Assembly (NCBI GenBank): GCA_963733195.1
Contig: CAVTCR010000050.1
Location: 64,001-128,000, forward strand
Source: an uncultured delta proteobacterium
Lineage (GTDB): Bacteria > Desulfobacterota > Binatia > Bin18
DNA length: 64,000 nucleotides
Reading direction: 5' to 3'
Position numbers and translations under genes: made by a program. Of this stretch, positions 22,501 through 34,571 are shown piece by piece (within the stretch, counting starts at the first letter, position 1; every line of letters begins with the position of its first letter). The notes beneath the pieces were generated by a model, which made no database searches, was not told the DNA's origin, and was given only the letters and a program-made list of their open reading frames with translations.

Positions 22501-23005
22501 CCGCATACTCTTCCGCTGCCTGTCGGGCAAGTTGCTCTTTGCCAAGCAACATCGCCCGTGACACTTCGCCACTCAAACAACCAGAGAGCGCAAGAATGCC
22601 TTTATTATATTCGCGCAACAACTCCTTATCGATGCGTGGTTTGCGGTAAAACCCTTCAGTGAAACCTGCAGTGACAAGACGGCACAGATTACGGTAGCCG
22701 TCGAGGTTCATCGCTAAAAGGATAAGGTGAAAATTCCCGCCATGCTCGTATTCATCTGCTCCAGAGCCGCCGCTGTGATCGTGTCGGCTTTTCGGTGCAA
22801 CGTACACTTCGCAGCCGACTATAGGTTTAACCCCGTACTGCGCAGCCGTACGGTAGAACTCAATCGCACCAAACATATTGCCGTGGTCGGTCATGGCCAC
22901 TGCTGGCATGCCGTACTTCTGCACCTGGGGCATGAGATTCTTGATCTTATTGGCTCCATCCAAAAGACTAAATTGTGTGTGCAGATGCAGATGAACAAAG
23001 CTCAT
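19529..23005 (-). CDS. dnaE: DNA polymerase III alpha subunit
   Basis: FVHLHLHT.FSLLDG PHP domain, GPGRGS, MPDIDVDF, YGFNKSH. Confidence 0.98.
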   Translation of the reverse strand: MSFVHLHLHTQFSLLDGANKIKNLMPQVQKYGMPAVAMTDHGNMFGAIEFYRTAAQYGVKPIVGCEVYVAPKSRHDHSGGSGADEYEHGGNFHLILLAMNLDGYRNLCRLVTAGFTEGFYRKPRIDKELLREYNKGILALSGCLSGEVSRAMLLGKEQLARQAAEEYAAIFDDRFYIEIQANHLPEQEKINPPLIELARQLALPLVATNDCHYLKADDAEAHEVLLCVQSGKVWSDEKRWRFGTNQLYVKSPEEMLTEFSHCPEAVTNTVEVANRCNLELSFGNFLFPLYDVPKEETLEEALEKKARAGLEERFKQIRAYTPDWNAEKEKKYYDRLQFELQVIEKMGFSGYFLIVSDFIGYAKSQGIPVGPGRGSVAGCLVAYCTKITDVDPLRYQLLFERFLNPGRKSMPDIDVDFCFERRDEVIRYIKEKYGADKVAQIITFGTLKGKQAIKDVGRVLEFSYSDTDRIAKLYPAPKQGKDFPLEAALEMEPRLRELREKGDREKKLFDYALKLEGLLRHASKHAAGIVISPAPLVEHIPLFVDKEGNVLTQYSGPDVDTIGLIKFDFLGLKTLTLLDDTVKRIKKSRGVDVDLSNLRIDDKLTYQHLTRGDTVGVFQMEGSGIRKLITQLKPNCFEDIIAVIALFRPGPLDSGAAEQFIKRKHGREQISYPHPLLEPVLRETYGVTIYQEQVMQIAQVLAGFSLEDADNLRRAMGKKKKEAMQEERARFLKGTAKQKIADKLAGEIFDQMETFAAYGFNKSHAAAYALISYQTAYLKTHYPQEFMAALMSLEMGDTNKTYKNIAECRLQNIQVLPPDVNESDEDFTVSGETIRFGLGAVKGIGSKAIEAIQAARQEGPFTDLYEFCSRVRGSQVNKRVLESLTKCGALDSFQIPRAQLFAGIEEAVKKAEQEAKGENNANQMGLFAILPTKNGNGRSELPKIEEWNDTDKLKNERETLGFFITGHPLDKYVGRLHGVVSLTTDLLKTRQHQEKVRLAGVVHSLKLKNNKRGDRYATFTLEDKEGVVEVIVWPEAYRQHEATIHADMPVCLNGALDVDEDRCQIIADAVVPLESVATNEVKQVHIQVPSDVATKEDMVALKDVLQQHLGNCQTFLHLMRPDYTETVIALPNGLSVSPTRAMLIAVERLFGSGVASFR

Positions 23006-23095
23006 GACCACCTCCACTTCAAAGCAGGGGTCAGTACTCGCACGGGTTTTCTGTCCCGTCTTTACCGTCCCCCGAACCCTGGCCCCTAGCCCCCA

Positions 23096-24626
23096 TCATT
23101 CCCATTCAATCGTCGCCGGTGGCTTCGATGAAATATCGTAGACTACCCGATTCACTCCTCTCACCTCATTCACGATTCGAGTCGAAATTCGTCCAAGGAC
23201 ATCGTACGGCAATCGCGCCCAATCGGCGGTCATTCCATCTACACTTTCGACCGCCCGCAGCGCAATTACATTTTCATAGGTCCGCTCGTCGCCCATTACC
23301 CCAACCGTTTTAACCGGCAACAACACTGCAAACGCCTGCCATACGCGATCGTAGAGACCCGCAGCACGAATCTCTTCCTCAACAATCGCATCGGCAGCCC
23401 GCAAAATCGCCAGATGTTCCGGCTCAACTGGCCCGAGAATACGGATGGCAAGCCCCGGACCAGGGAATGGATGACGACCCACACTCGCATCCGGTAAGCC
23501 AAGTAAGCGCCCGAGCACTCGGACTTCATCTTTGAACAACTCACGTAGCGGTTCGATCAACTCTAAGCGCATGCGTTCAGGAAGGCCACCAACGTTGTGA
23601 TGCGTCTTGATCGTCGCCGATGGTCCTTTGAATGAGACCGACTCGATCACATCTGGGTATAAAGTTCCTTGCGCCAGGAAGCGAACGTTGCGCAGACTGT
23701 TCGCGGCTTCTTCAAAAACTTCGATAAACGTGTGGCCGATAATACGCCGCTTCTGTTCTGGATCTTCCACGCCTGCGAGTTTACGCAGAAACGGTAGTGT
23801 TGCCTCAACATGCCGCAGGTTGAGACCGAGCTGCGAAAAGACTGACACAACCTGTTCGGCTTCGCCGTGGCGTAACAAACCGTTATCAACGAATACACAG
23901 GTCAGTTGGTCGCCAATCGCCTTGTGGATCAGCAGTGCCACAACAGCCGAATCCACGCCACCGCTTAGACCACAGACAACCTGCTGATCGCCGACGCGTT
24001 TGCGGATCTTGTCGGTTTCTCTTTCAATGAACCCTTCCATCGTCCAGTTAGGTTCACAACGACAGATACGAAAGAGAAAATTCTTGAGTACGTCACGGCC
24101 ACGCTCGCTGTGCACCACTTCAGGGTGAAACTGCAGGCCAAAGAAGCGACCCGTATGGTCACGCGCTGCCGCGATCGGAGAGTTGGCCGAGTAAGCAAGA
24201 ATTTTCCAGCCAGTAGGTAATGACTCCATCTTGTCGCCGTGACTCATCCATACGCGGGTTTCGCTACGCGGAGGGAATCCAGCAAACAGATCGTTGTTAT
24301 CCTCGACAACCAATTGCGCCGAACCAAACTCGCGCCGGTCTCCTCTGGCAACGATTCCACCAGCGAGTTGATGGAGGACGTTCATGCCATAGCAAATACC
24401 CAAAAAAGGTACTGGCACGTCTAACACCCGAGCATCCAAACATAGGTGCGTCTTCGGCATACACGCTCGCTGGTCCACCAGAGAGAATGATCCCCTCCGG
24501 CTGTAACTGCCGGATACGCTCAAGCGGGAGATTATACGGATGAATTTCGCAATACACGTTGGCCTCGCGTACGCGACGCGCAATTAGTTGCGTGTATTGG
24601 CTACCGAAGTCGAGAATGAGAATCAT
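23096..24626 (-). CDS. guaA: GMP synthase, one frameshift near 24430
   Basis: [15 protein letters not shown] in one ORF; [26 protein letters not shown] in the next. Confidence 0.95.
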
Positions 24627-24741
24627 ATCGTCTAGTGAAGAGTTAAGAATGAAGAATTAAGAATTGACAAGTGACAAAAGCATCTTTTCCATTTTTCGTT
24701 TTCCACTCTTCATTCTTCACTCTTCACTCTTAATTCTTCTG

Positions 24742-26357
<1,616 letters not shown>

Positions 26358-26477
26358 CTACAAGATGTTGTGGATCGGTAGTGTTCCGCTCCCCTTTCTC
26401 CTGAGCTTGCGACTGGTAGTATGGTCATGGTAGGCAGCGTATGTAGCGTGTGGCCGACGGGAACTCCAGAGGAGTCT

Positions 26478-26690
26478 ATGCAGGTTGAGATCAGTTGTAA
26501 GAAGTGTGGCCAACGGCGGGAGGTCGATATTGGAACTCCGCAAAAAAACGATCTTGAGGAGCACCTTCACTTGGTACGCGAACGTTTAATGCACAAGCCG
26601 AGTTTTGAGTGTTTCGGCGGCCACTTCGAATTTGCCCCTCCGTTACCGCAATTTTGGGAGATTCATTGGGACACCTTAACGAAAGAATGA
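26478..26690 (+). CDS. small hypothetical protein with CxxC (possible metal binding)
   Basis: GAGGAG RBS; MQVEISCKKCG...FECFGGH. Confidence 0.6.
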   Translation: MQVEISCKKCGQRREVDIGTPQKNDLEEHLHLVRERLMHKPSFECFGGHFEFAPPLPQFWEIHWDTLTKE

Positions 26691-26777
26691 GAGCTGAACG
26701 ATATTCGCTGTAGGATAATGTGTGCACTTCCGATTATTTGTGGAAGAACGATCGTGAGTTATTGCAACGGAGTGATC

Positions 26778-27269
26778 ATGCCAGAACGGTACGTTCCTGC
26801 TACAGAATTCTTTGATGAATCCACCGCACCGCAAGCCTCTCATGAGGTTGAACGTTGGCGTCGTAACCCGCTGTACAATCCTCCCTTTCGCGTCGTTCGC
26901 TGGCGTGTGGTCGATGAGGAATGGGCTGGGCGCAGCGCCATTGATGCGGTAGTTGTCGTAGAAGTCGACGGGCACGAAGATTTCGGGGCGGCGCAAGGAG
27001 TCGGTGGCGTGAACGCGCTCGATAAGGCGTTGCAACGCGTGCTGATTCAACATTTTCCCTTCATCGAAGGGGTGCGCGTAATGGAGTCTTATACACATCG
27101 CGGCGGTGAAGGAACTGCAGCAGAGGTCGTATCAGTCCAGAAGTTTAGTGATGGTAATCACCAGTGGAGCACCATGGGCAAGTCGCGCGATCTGCTCGCC
27201 TCGGCGTGGATGGCATTAGTTGACGGATATGAATGGATCATAACGAACAGTTTGCGGAAAAAACCATAA
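26778..27269 (+). CDS. stand-alone LeuA/CimA allosteric (regulatory) domain protein
   Basis: A.G.G.VNALDKAL...L...FP, GT.A.V, W.T.G.S.....A.W.AL.D..E pattern of the citramalate synthase C-terminus. Confidence 0.75.
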   Translation: MPERYVPATEFFDESTAPQASHEVERWRRNPLYNPPFRVVRWRVVDEEWAGRSAIDAVVVVEVDGHEDFGAAQGVGGVNALDKALQRVLIQHFPFIEGVRVMESYTHRGGEGTAAEVVSVQKFSDGNHQWSTMGKSRDLLASAWMALVDGYEWIITNSLRKKP

Positions 27270-27361
27270 ACGTCTGTGGGTCTGGGAGTCTAGGAGTCTG
27301 AGATCTAGGAGTCTAAGAAGTTGCAAGATTCAGAGACTCATAGACTGAGGAGGAAGAACGT

Positions 27362-27712
27362 ATGGCAGGAACGGTTGACTGGTATTATCACCGGCCCGGC
27401 TGAATCACATGCGGAAAAACGCAAGAGTTCCTTGCGAAGAAAAGCCTAACCGCGAAGACACTTGTGGATGCGCGTAAAGACCGCATCGGCCCGGACGCAG
27501 CACTCAAACTCACACAGGAAGTTTCAGAAATCATCGCTGCAAAAGGAAAGAAGATTGTCCGCTTCCGTCTCGATAAAGACAAACCTAGCCGCGAAGATCT
27601 TCTTGCAGTGATGATTGGCCCTTCGGGCAATCTTCGCGCACCGACAGTGCGAAAAGGGAAAAAACTGCTGATCGGGTTTGAACCAGGGGCATACGAGGAA
27701 GTGCTCGGTTAG
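27362..27712 (+). CDS. ArsC/Spx-family thioredoxin-fold selenoprotein (UxxC)
   Basis: GAGGAGG RBS, ATG 27362, then MAGTVDWYYHRPG-TGA(27401)-ITCGKTQEFL, in frame with ...GPSGNLRAPT.R.GKKLLIGF. Confidence 0.82.
27420..27436 (+). promoter_or_regulatory. putative bacterial SECIS apical stem-loop
   Basis: CGCAAG-AGTTC-CTTGCG; the G-containing loop starts 22 nt after the UGA. Confidence 0.65.
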
Positions 27713-27811
27713 GGAAGTTCAAAGTTCAAGGATGCATTCTGAGTTTAGCTGCGCAAGAATTTCTGGGTTCGTATTTTCTCGGTCTTGTGAAAGAGGATAG
27801 AAATAAGGCAT

Positions 27812-28423
27812 ATGGCGGCAATCGCACAAACATCGATGGATCAACGCCATATCTCCTGCTGAACCTCATCCTCGCCTGTGGACCCGGGAAGAGTATTACA
27901 AGATGGCTGAGGCTGGCGTCTTTCGTCCCGGAGAGCGAGTAGAACTTATCGGGGGAAGGATTGTTACGATGGGTCCACAGAATAGTCCACATGCAAACGG
28001 ACATTCTTCTAGTGTACGAGGAACTGCGGCGGATTTTTGCTCCTGGTTATGTGGTGCGGATGCAACTTCCATTAACCTCAGTGCTTTCTCTCAACCAGAG
28101 CCTGACCTTGCCGTTGTGCGAGGAACTATTCGGGATTACACGAGCCTCCCAACAACAGCGTTACTCATTGTCGAAGTCTCAGACTCCACCCTCACTTTGA
28201 TCGCGGCGAAAAAGCAAGTCTCTATGCCAGTGCAGGTATTCCAGAATATTGGGTGCTCAACTTGGTCGATCGTCGCTTAGAAGTGTCACGCGATCCGATT
28301 GCTATGCCAGGTCAGCCATTCGGCTATGGCTACCGTACCTGTACGCAATACCTTGCGACAGATACGGTCACACCATTAGCGGCACCGCAGGGAAGCCTCT
28401 CGGTTGCGGATCTTTTGCCCTGA
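27812..28423 (+). CDS. Uma2 family endonuclease-like protein, multiply frameshifted
   Basis: WTREEYYKMAEAG, ELI.G.I..M.PQ..PH, PEPDLAVV, VEVSDSTL, YASAGIPEYWVLNL. Confidence 0.8.
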
Positions 28424-28506
28424 TAGAGGCTGAGCTATGAGGACTGAGGACTGAGTGGACAAAGACATCCCTTTCCCTCGCTCAGTCCTCAGCACTCAGT
28501 TCCTCG

Positions 28507-29167
28507 TTACTTCCCCGAGAACGCCTTCCCCCACTGATCGACACACGTTACTTCCTCGACCGTCATCCGTTGCACTGGTCCGAATTTCCCGCGCGGATAA
28601 CCAATTGGAATAAGTGCGTAGGTGTTGACATCAGCCGGCAATTTCAGGATGGGCTTAAGGTCCTCCTCATACAATGACGCCACCGTAGTTAACGTCGCTC
28701 CGAGTCCGTGCGCGCGGCAAGCTAACAGGATGTTTTGAACGGCAGGGTAAATACTCGACCCTGATAACCGTGACAGCTTGGCCGCAAGCGCAGGAGGCAT
28801 TGGGCGCTCCTTAAGACACGGGATCAGTAGTACCGGGGCTTCAGCCAGATGCTCGGCTAAATGCGTTGCAGCATCAAGAATGCCGCGCAGCTTCTGCTCT
28901 CCCAAATGCTCAGGAGCAGGCCGATTGCGATACATCGCCTGCGCATCACCCCAGCCTTTTAAGTACACTTTCTGTATCTGTTGTCTTAACCTCAGGATCT
29001 TTGACGACCATAAACCGCCAGTGTTGGTTATTGCCTCCACTGGGAGCGCGAATTGCTGCATCAAGAATCTTGTAAATCAGTTCATCAGGTACTGGGTCCG
29101 GTTTCAAATGCCGCATACTGCGGGTCGAAAACATAATCTCAAATAATCCAGAATCAGCCATACTCAT
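28507..29167 (-). CDS. nitroreductase family protein, one frameshift near 28985
   Basis: TRSMR.LKPDPVP, RAPSGGN.Q.W.F; SIYPAVQNILLA.RA.GLG. Confidence 0.85.
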
Positions 29168-29354
29168 CTCCTTTCACAACTAACAACGTACTCCCGCTTT
29201 GTTCGAGGGAGATCGCAGCACTAGAGTAGCTAGCCACAATAATGTAGAAGTCGCAACAAAGCTGCATATACCAGGCTGTGTATTGTGCGGATCGTCCATG
29301 CACCTGTCAAATCGACCAGAGAGACAGGATTGTGTCCGTAACCGAGGAGGGCAG

Positions 29355-30281
29355 ATGAAACAGTGGGGAGTTTTTGCTGGTGCGATACTGATGCTGTTGG
29401 TCGGGACAGTTGGCTGCGGCCCGTCGGGGACCAGCCTTACGGCACAACAATTACAAGAGCAGAACAAAGACGCGAAGTACGTGCAGGTAGGCGGAGTGTC
29501 CTTACATTATCGGCAAGACGGTCTTGGGAAGCCATTAATATTTCTTCATGGGTTAATGACGTCGTCATTCATGTGGCGCAACATCACGCCCGGGCTTACC
29601 TATGGCAACACAATCTACAGTCTCGACTTAATGGGTGCAGGACTGTCAGAAAAGCCACAGAATCAGGTTTACAGCATTGATACCTACGTTAACCAACTCA
29701 GCACGTTCATCAACGATTTTCATCTTGAGAATCCGATTATTGCTGGCCATGATATCGGCGGCACGATTGCCGCCTTGTATACCATCCGTAACCCAGGCAA
29801 GGTCCGCAAGTTGGTGATCATGAACGCTCCTCTCTACCCTGGGTACTCCGCACCTGGTCTAGGACTCCTTAAGCTCCCACTCGTTGGTGGTATGCTCAGT
29901 GGAGATTGGTTTTTACAGCGTACGTTACGTGGCGGCGTCGAAAAGCCACAGGCAATGTCTGATTCGGTTCTTTCAGAGTACCTCAAACCTTTTCAGAGCG
30001 ATCCTGGCACTCGGGTAGCGTTATTTAAACAGGTGAAAGAATTGAACCTTGATGCAGTACTCGAAAAAGAAGTAGTACCGAACTTATCAAAGCTCCAGGT
30101 CCCAACCCTTATCATTTGGGGCGATAGAGATACTTATGTCCCGCTCGATGTTGGCAAGGAAATTAAGAAAAACGTGCCAGGTTCAGAGTTGTACGTCGTC
30201 CTAACGACTCGACATTATCCTACGGAAGAGCGACCAGAGGACGTGCGGCAGCGACTAAAAGAGTTTATTGATCAGCCGTAA
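29355..30281 (+). CDS. alpha/beta hydrolase lipoprotein (Asp-nucleophile, epoxide hydrolase/dehalogenase-like)
   Basis: Lipobox TVGC; FLHG, DLMGAGLS, GHDIGG, WGDRD. Confidence 0.82.
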   Translation: MKQWGVFAGAILMLLVGTVGCGPSGTSLTAQQLQEQNKDAKYVQVGGVSLHYRQDGLGKPLIFLHGLMTSSFMWRNITPGLTYGNTIYSLDLMGAGLSEKPQNQVYSIDTYVNQLSTFINDFHLENPIIAGHDIGGTIAALYTIRNPGKVRKLVIMNAPLYPGYSAPGLGLLKLPLVGGMLSGDWFLQRTLRGGVEKPQAMSDSVLSEYLKPFQSDPGTRVALFKQVKELNLDAVLEKEVVPNLSKLQVPTLIIWGDRDTYVPLDVGKEIKKNVPGSELYVVLTTRHYPTEERPEDVRQRLKEFIDQP

Positions 30282-30292
30282 CGGCTTGAGCC

Positions 30293-30416
30293 AAGCCGGG
30301 GGTTCAAACCCCCGGCTACCCTCATACGCCCCGCTGGGGCGTGCCGCTTGCTTCTGCGGGCTGTGGATTCAGCCCCCAGGGCTGTCGATGGTAGCCGGGG
30401 AATTCATTCCCCGGCG
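30293..30416. repeat. pair of inverted REP-like palindromes
   Basis: GCCGGGGGTTCAAACCCCCGGCTAC ... GTAGCCGGGGAATTCATTCCCCGGC. Confidence 0.7.
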
Positions 30417-30463
30417 CGCAGGGTGTCGTATTTCTCTCAACTCCCCGCTACCCACGAAAAAGC

Positions 30464-30492
30464 TTGCACTTCTAGTTCCTTTGGGCTATAAG
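30464..30492 (+). promoter_or_regulatory. sigma70-type promoter of DUF1302 paralog 1; overlaps the putative crRNA target (30479-30490)
   Basis: TTGCAC-17 bp-TATAAG. Confidence 0.7.
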
Positions 30493-30778
30493 GCGCAACA
30501 CTGGAAATAGTCTTCAATTAGGGGTTCTGCCGTTGTGTAACTCGCACCGGCATCGTTTTGGGGCAAGCGGCGAATTCGGCGGATATTAACGCAAAGTAAA
30601 GATAGGTTCCGGCTCGTAGCCAAACTATAGCGCCAGATACCGTCTTCTACTTTACCGAGAAAGGGGGAGAAAACACTCATAAATTATTGATAATACTGCG
30701 TCTTTTCGCTTAAAAGCAGGAAGTGGATTCGTCCATTTCTCAGCACCGGAAGTGACTTTTTTGGGGTAAGGAGGGCAT

Positions 30779-33035
30779 ATGCAGATAAGAACAAAACGCA
30801 GGATACATTTGATAGTTTTGAGCGCCCTGCTCAGTATCGCTACCCTGCTTGGGGGAGCGACGGCGTCGTGGGCATCAACGCGCATTGGCAACGCGGAACT
30901 GCAGATGTGGTACCGCATGCGACATACGTTCCACTCCGCTGGGGGCGATAATATTAACTGGGTGCAGTGGCGCAACGAGGTCTATTTATGGTTCATTTAC
31001 GATAAATTCGTTGATAACGGCAAGATTTTAGGGCAGGATAAGCTCGAAATTCCTTTTGTCGAGAACGCCACCCTCAATTTACGCTATCGCTTCCGGGCCG
31101 ATCCGGTGTGGACGATTCGCGATGCATACAAGAAGCGCTACGACAAAGACGAACGCCAGAGTTATCTGTTTCCTGAGAACGGCTTTCGTGACGCTTTCTT
31201 AGATCTGGACTTTGGGCAGGTGGGGCGCGGGAAGCTCTCGACCCGTATTGGTTACCAACAGATCGTGTGGGGAGAATCGGACCTGTTTCGCTCGATTGAT
31301 GTGATCAACCCGCTGCGCATTGACCAAAACCAGGGTGCAGGTGAGAAGTTCGATGAATTTCGCTCGCCAATTTTCGCATTCAAGGCCAATTACCACATCG
31401 GTAACGTCGGCTCGTGGTTCTCGAACGTGTACTTCGAACCGTTCTACACCCCAGGGTTTCGTACTCCCCTTTCCAACTTGATCAATGATGGCACTGCCCT
31501 TCGCGCTCCATTTCATATCAAGGGTTGTTTAGACGACAACAATAACTTGGTAGAGTACAGTGCATCGGCCTGTTCGTTCCGGCGCGCCGATGGGTCACGG
31601 GTGTTCGTGCCGTGGAATCCCAGTTGGAAGGGACGCGCGGCCTCTCGTCATCCGTGGGCGTTTATTAGCCGGTCGCTGAATCCCCGCGGTGGCACCCCAG
31701 ACTATGGCAATCAAAACAATCCAGCGGTGTCCCCAGATATTGCGGGCTACGCGCTCAGACCTACGTCCCTAATGCCTACAAAGGGCAGTGCAAAGGTGCG
31801 CTCAATGGCATGTGGGCAGGGTGTACCAGCGCGGCCGGGTTTCGCATCTTCGGCACCAGCATCGGCGGCTTTGACTTCTCGCTGAACTACGCCAATATTC
31901 CGCAAGGAGCTAGCGGGACATACAACATCAGCGATGTCGGCTCGCGCGCAAAGTCTATGGCGATCCGGATGTGGCGCAGCAGCTCGGACTCGCTGCTCCT
32001 GTCGGGACCTTCGAGGAAGGGTTACGCCGCTGTTTGAACGGAGCGGGAAGCCAAGGCAACGCCAGAAATGATCCATCGCAGGCAGGTGATAACAACGCCT
32101 CCACGGCTCCTGGTGGGCGCGGATCTCGAATGGCTACAACAATCCGGCCCGGTTCGGCTCGAAGGGGCATTGCCGCTGCTGGCCCAATAGGTGACGCCAA
32201 GCCGGGCAGACATGGAGCGGTACGGCGCGCCCGTAACGAACTGTTATCCTTTCAACTATTACAACACGCGCACCAACATCATTGGCTTTACCTCGACCTA
32301 CAATGACTTTGAGTACACCGGCGCGGTGTTCCGCATAGAAGAGAGCTTCAGCACCAAGGAATATGTCCGCAAACTGGCGCAGGCTTCGGGCGCAACGCGC
32401 GAACGCGAACGGTGGGGCAGGACCGAACCTCACTCCCAGCCAATTGCGAAGCTGAATGCCTTTACGGTCAACAAAGACTACCACACCTACACTGGCGTGT
32501 GGCGCTCGATGGTCGGCTTTGACTTGCTCAAATCGGTGCCGTCCTTCAAGTACATTCCCTTCCTCCACCATTCCTTCTCTGACCAGGCCTGGTTCTTCAC
32601 CGGGCAATGGTTGATGAAGAATCGGTGGAATAACGTGGCTAACCCGTTGTGCTACGTGGTCGATAACGCTGGCAATGGCGTACACCAAAGAAGAGGCGAA
32701 GAGCACTGTCACGCCAAGATGGCAAGCGACACTATGGCAACGCACAGTGTCGGAACTATCGCTGGGAGCACTTGTTCTCACTGGCGGCGGTCAACCAAGG
32801 GTTGTTCGCCAGTCGGTTGGAGACCCGCAACGCGGTGGCGCTTGAGCCCCGCTCTCAGGACATGCTGCTGTTCTCGCAGTGGTGGTGGCGCAACGTGTTG
32901 GGGTATGAGCAGATTGAACTCTCCATGGGCGTAGCCTGGTATCCAGGCAGCAGCATGAGTCAGGGCTGGAGTGGTCTCTACGCGTTTGCTGACCGCGACC
33001 AGGTGTGGTTTGAGATGACGTACTACCTCCTCTAA
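30779..33035 (+). CDS. DUF1302-like outer-membrane beta-barrel protein, paralog 1 (several frameshifts)
   Basis: Signal peptide (A-W-A), G.QQIVWGESD....DVINP, C-terminal DRDQVWFEMTYYLL; collinear with paralog 2. Confidence 0.62.
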
Positions 33036-33083
33036 CAACCGTATGTGGGGAGCGACGGCAACGTAATTCCCTCTCCCGGAGGG

Positions 33084-34571
33084 CTTTTCATTACCCACAT
33101 CTTGCCAACTTAGCGAGACGGGCGGTAGAGGAGAAGCCCAGGAGGAAGTGAGCCGATGGGAACGGGAACTGGAAGGACAGAGGAGAACTGGGCGGTGACG
33201 GAATTTGCGGAAGCCGAATTGGGCGATGCGCGGCGCACGCAGCGGGTGATCCGCATGGCGACGGTCTTAGCGCAGCAGCCGATGGCGAGCCTGCCGGAGG
33301 CGTGTGGGAGTCCGGCGGAGCTGAAAGCGACCTATCGTTTCTTCGACAATGAGGCGGTCTCCCCGGCGGAGCTGTTAGCCAGCCATGTGAGCGCGACGTA
33401 TGAGCGGGCAGTGCGAGTGCCCGTGGTGTTAGCGGTGCAAGATACCACGGAGGTAGACTGGACGGCGCATCCGGCGACGACGGGGATGGGGCCGATCGGG
33501 CATCCCAAGCATCGGGGCTTGATGGTGCATAGCACGCTGGCGTTTACGCCGGAACGGGTGCCACTGGGATTATTAGCCCAAGACGTGTGGGCACGCGATC
33601 CAGAGAACGTGGGTCAGCGGGCGACACGGCGGCATCGTGCGATTGGGGAGAAAGAAAGTGGGAAGTGGTTGCGCAGCTTAGCAGCGGTGAATGAGGCGCA
33701 GCATGAGTGTCCGCAGACGCACTTTATTAGTGTGGGGGATCGCGAAGCCGATGTGTACGATTTGTTTGTCGCCGAGCGGGCGGAGGGCGTGGACTTACTC
33801 GTGCGTGCGGCGTGGGATCGGCGGGTCGCGCACGAGGAGCGGTATCTGTGGGCGGCCGTGCGGGTGCAGCCGGTGGCCGAGATTGTCCCCGTGCCCGTGC
33901 CCCGCCAGGGCGCTCAGCCAGCCCGCACGGCGGTGCTGACGTTGCGCTTTGGCGCGGTGGAGGTGTGTCCGCCCGGGCATCGCCGGGCCGAGCGGTTGCC
34001 GAGCGTGACGATCTGGACCGTGCACGTGGTCGAGGAGTATCCTCCGGCGGGCGTGGAGCCCCTGGAATGGTTACTGCTCACCACCTGCGAAGTGCCTTCA
34101 CCCATCGAGGCCCTGGAGTGCGTAGAGTGGTACGCGTGTCGGTTTGGCATTGAAGTCTGGCATAAAGTGCTTAAGAGTGGCTGTCGGATTGAAGCCCGAC
34201 AGTTAGAGAGCGCCGCCCGCTTGCAGCGCTGTTTAACGCTCTTCAGTGTGATCGCCTGGCGCATTGTCTATGCCACGATGCTCAGTCGCACGCTGCCGGA
34301 GTTACCCTGCACCGTCCTGTTGGCCGTGGAGGAATGGCAAGCCTTGCACTGCGCCACTCATCACACGCCGACCCCGCCGCCCACGCCCCCCACACTGCAC
34401 GAGGTCGTGCAATGGATTGCCCGCTTGGGTGGGTTTCTCGGACGGCCGGGGGATGGCGATCCCGGCGTGACAGTATTGTGGCGCGGGTTTCAACATTTAG
34501 CCGATCTCACTCGCATGTATGTGCTCCTCCGCTCACCTACGCTAAGTGCTCCAAATGTGGGTAAAGGTTAG
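33084..34571 (+). mobile_element. IS4-family (IS50/Tn5-like) insertion sequence
   Basis: Terminal IRs CTTTTCATTACCCACAT and (reverse complement) CTAACCTTTACCCACAT around a transposase; higher GC than the flanks. Confidence 0.9.
33156..34571 (+). CDS. IS4/Tn5-family DDE transposase
   Basis: W...EF..AELGDARR, VQDTT, KESGKW, GDREAD, Y..RF.IE.WHKVLKSGC.IE (YREK), LGGFLGR..DG.PG. Confidence 0.95.
   Translation: MGTGTGRTEENWAVTEFAEAELGDARRTQRVIRMATVLAQQPMASLPEACGSPAELKATYRFFDNEAVSPAELLASHVSATYERAVRVPVVLAVQDTTEVDWTAHPATTGMGPIGHPKHRGLMVHSTLAFTPERVPLGLLAQDVWARDPENVGQRATRRHRAIGEKESGKWLRSLAAVNEAQHECPQTHFISVGDREADVYDLFVAERAEGVDLLVRAAWDRRVAHEERYLWAAVRVQPVAEIVPVPVPRQGAQPARTAVLTLRFGAVEVCPPGHRRAERLPSVTIWTVHVVEEYPPAGVEPLEWLLLTTCEVPSPIEALECVEWYACRFGIEVWHKVLKSGCRIEARQLESAARLQRCLTLFSVIAWRIVYATMLSRTLPELPCTVLLAVEEWQALHCATHHTPTPPPTPPTLHEVVQWIARLGGFLGRPGDGDPGVTVLWRGFQHLADLTRMYVLLRSPTLSAPNVGKG

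Noticed and set aside
30622-30631. AAACTATAGC matching the repeat-guide junction
   Set aside because: Only 10 nt and diverges immediately; expected by chance
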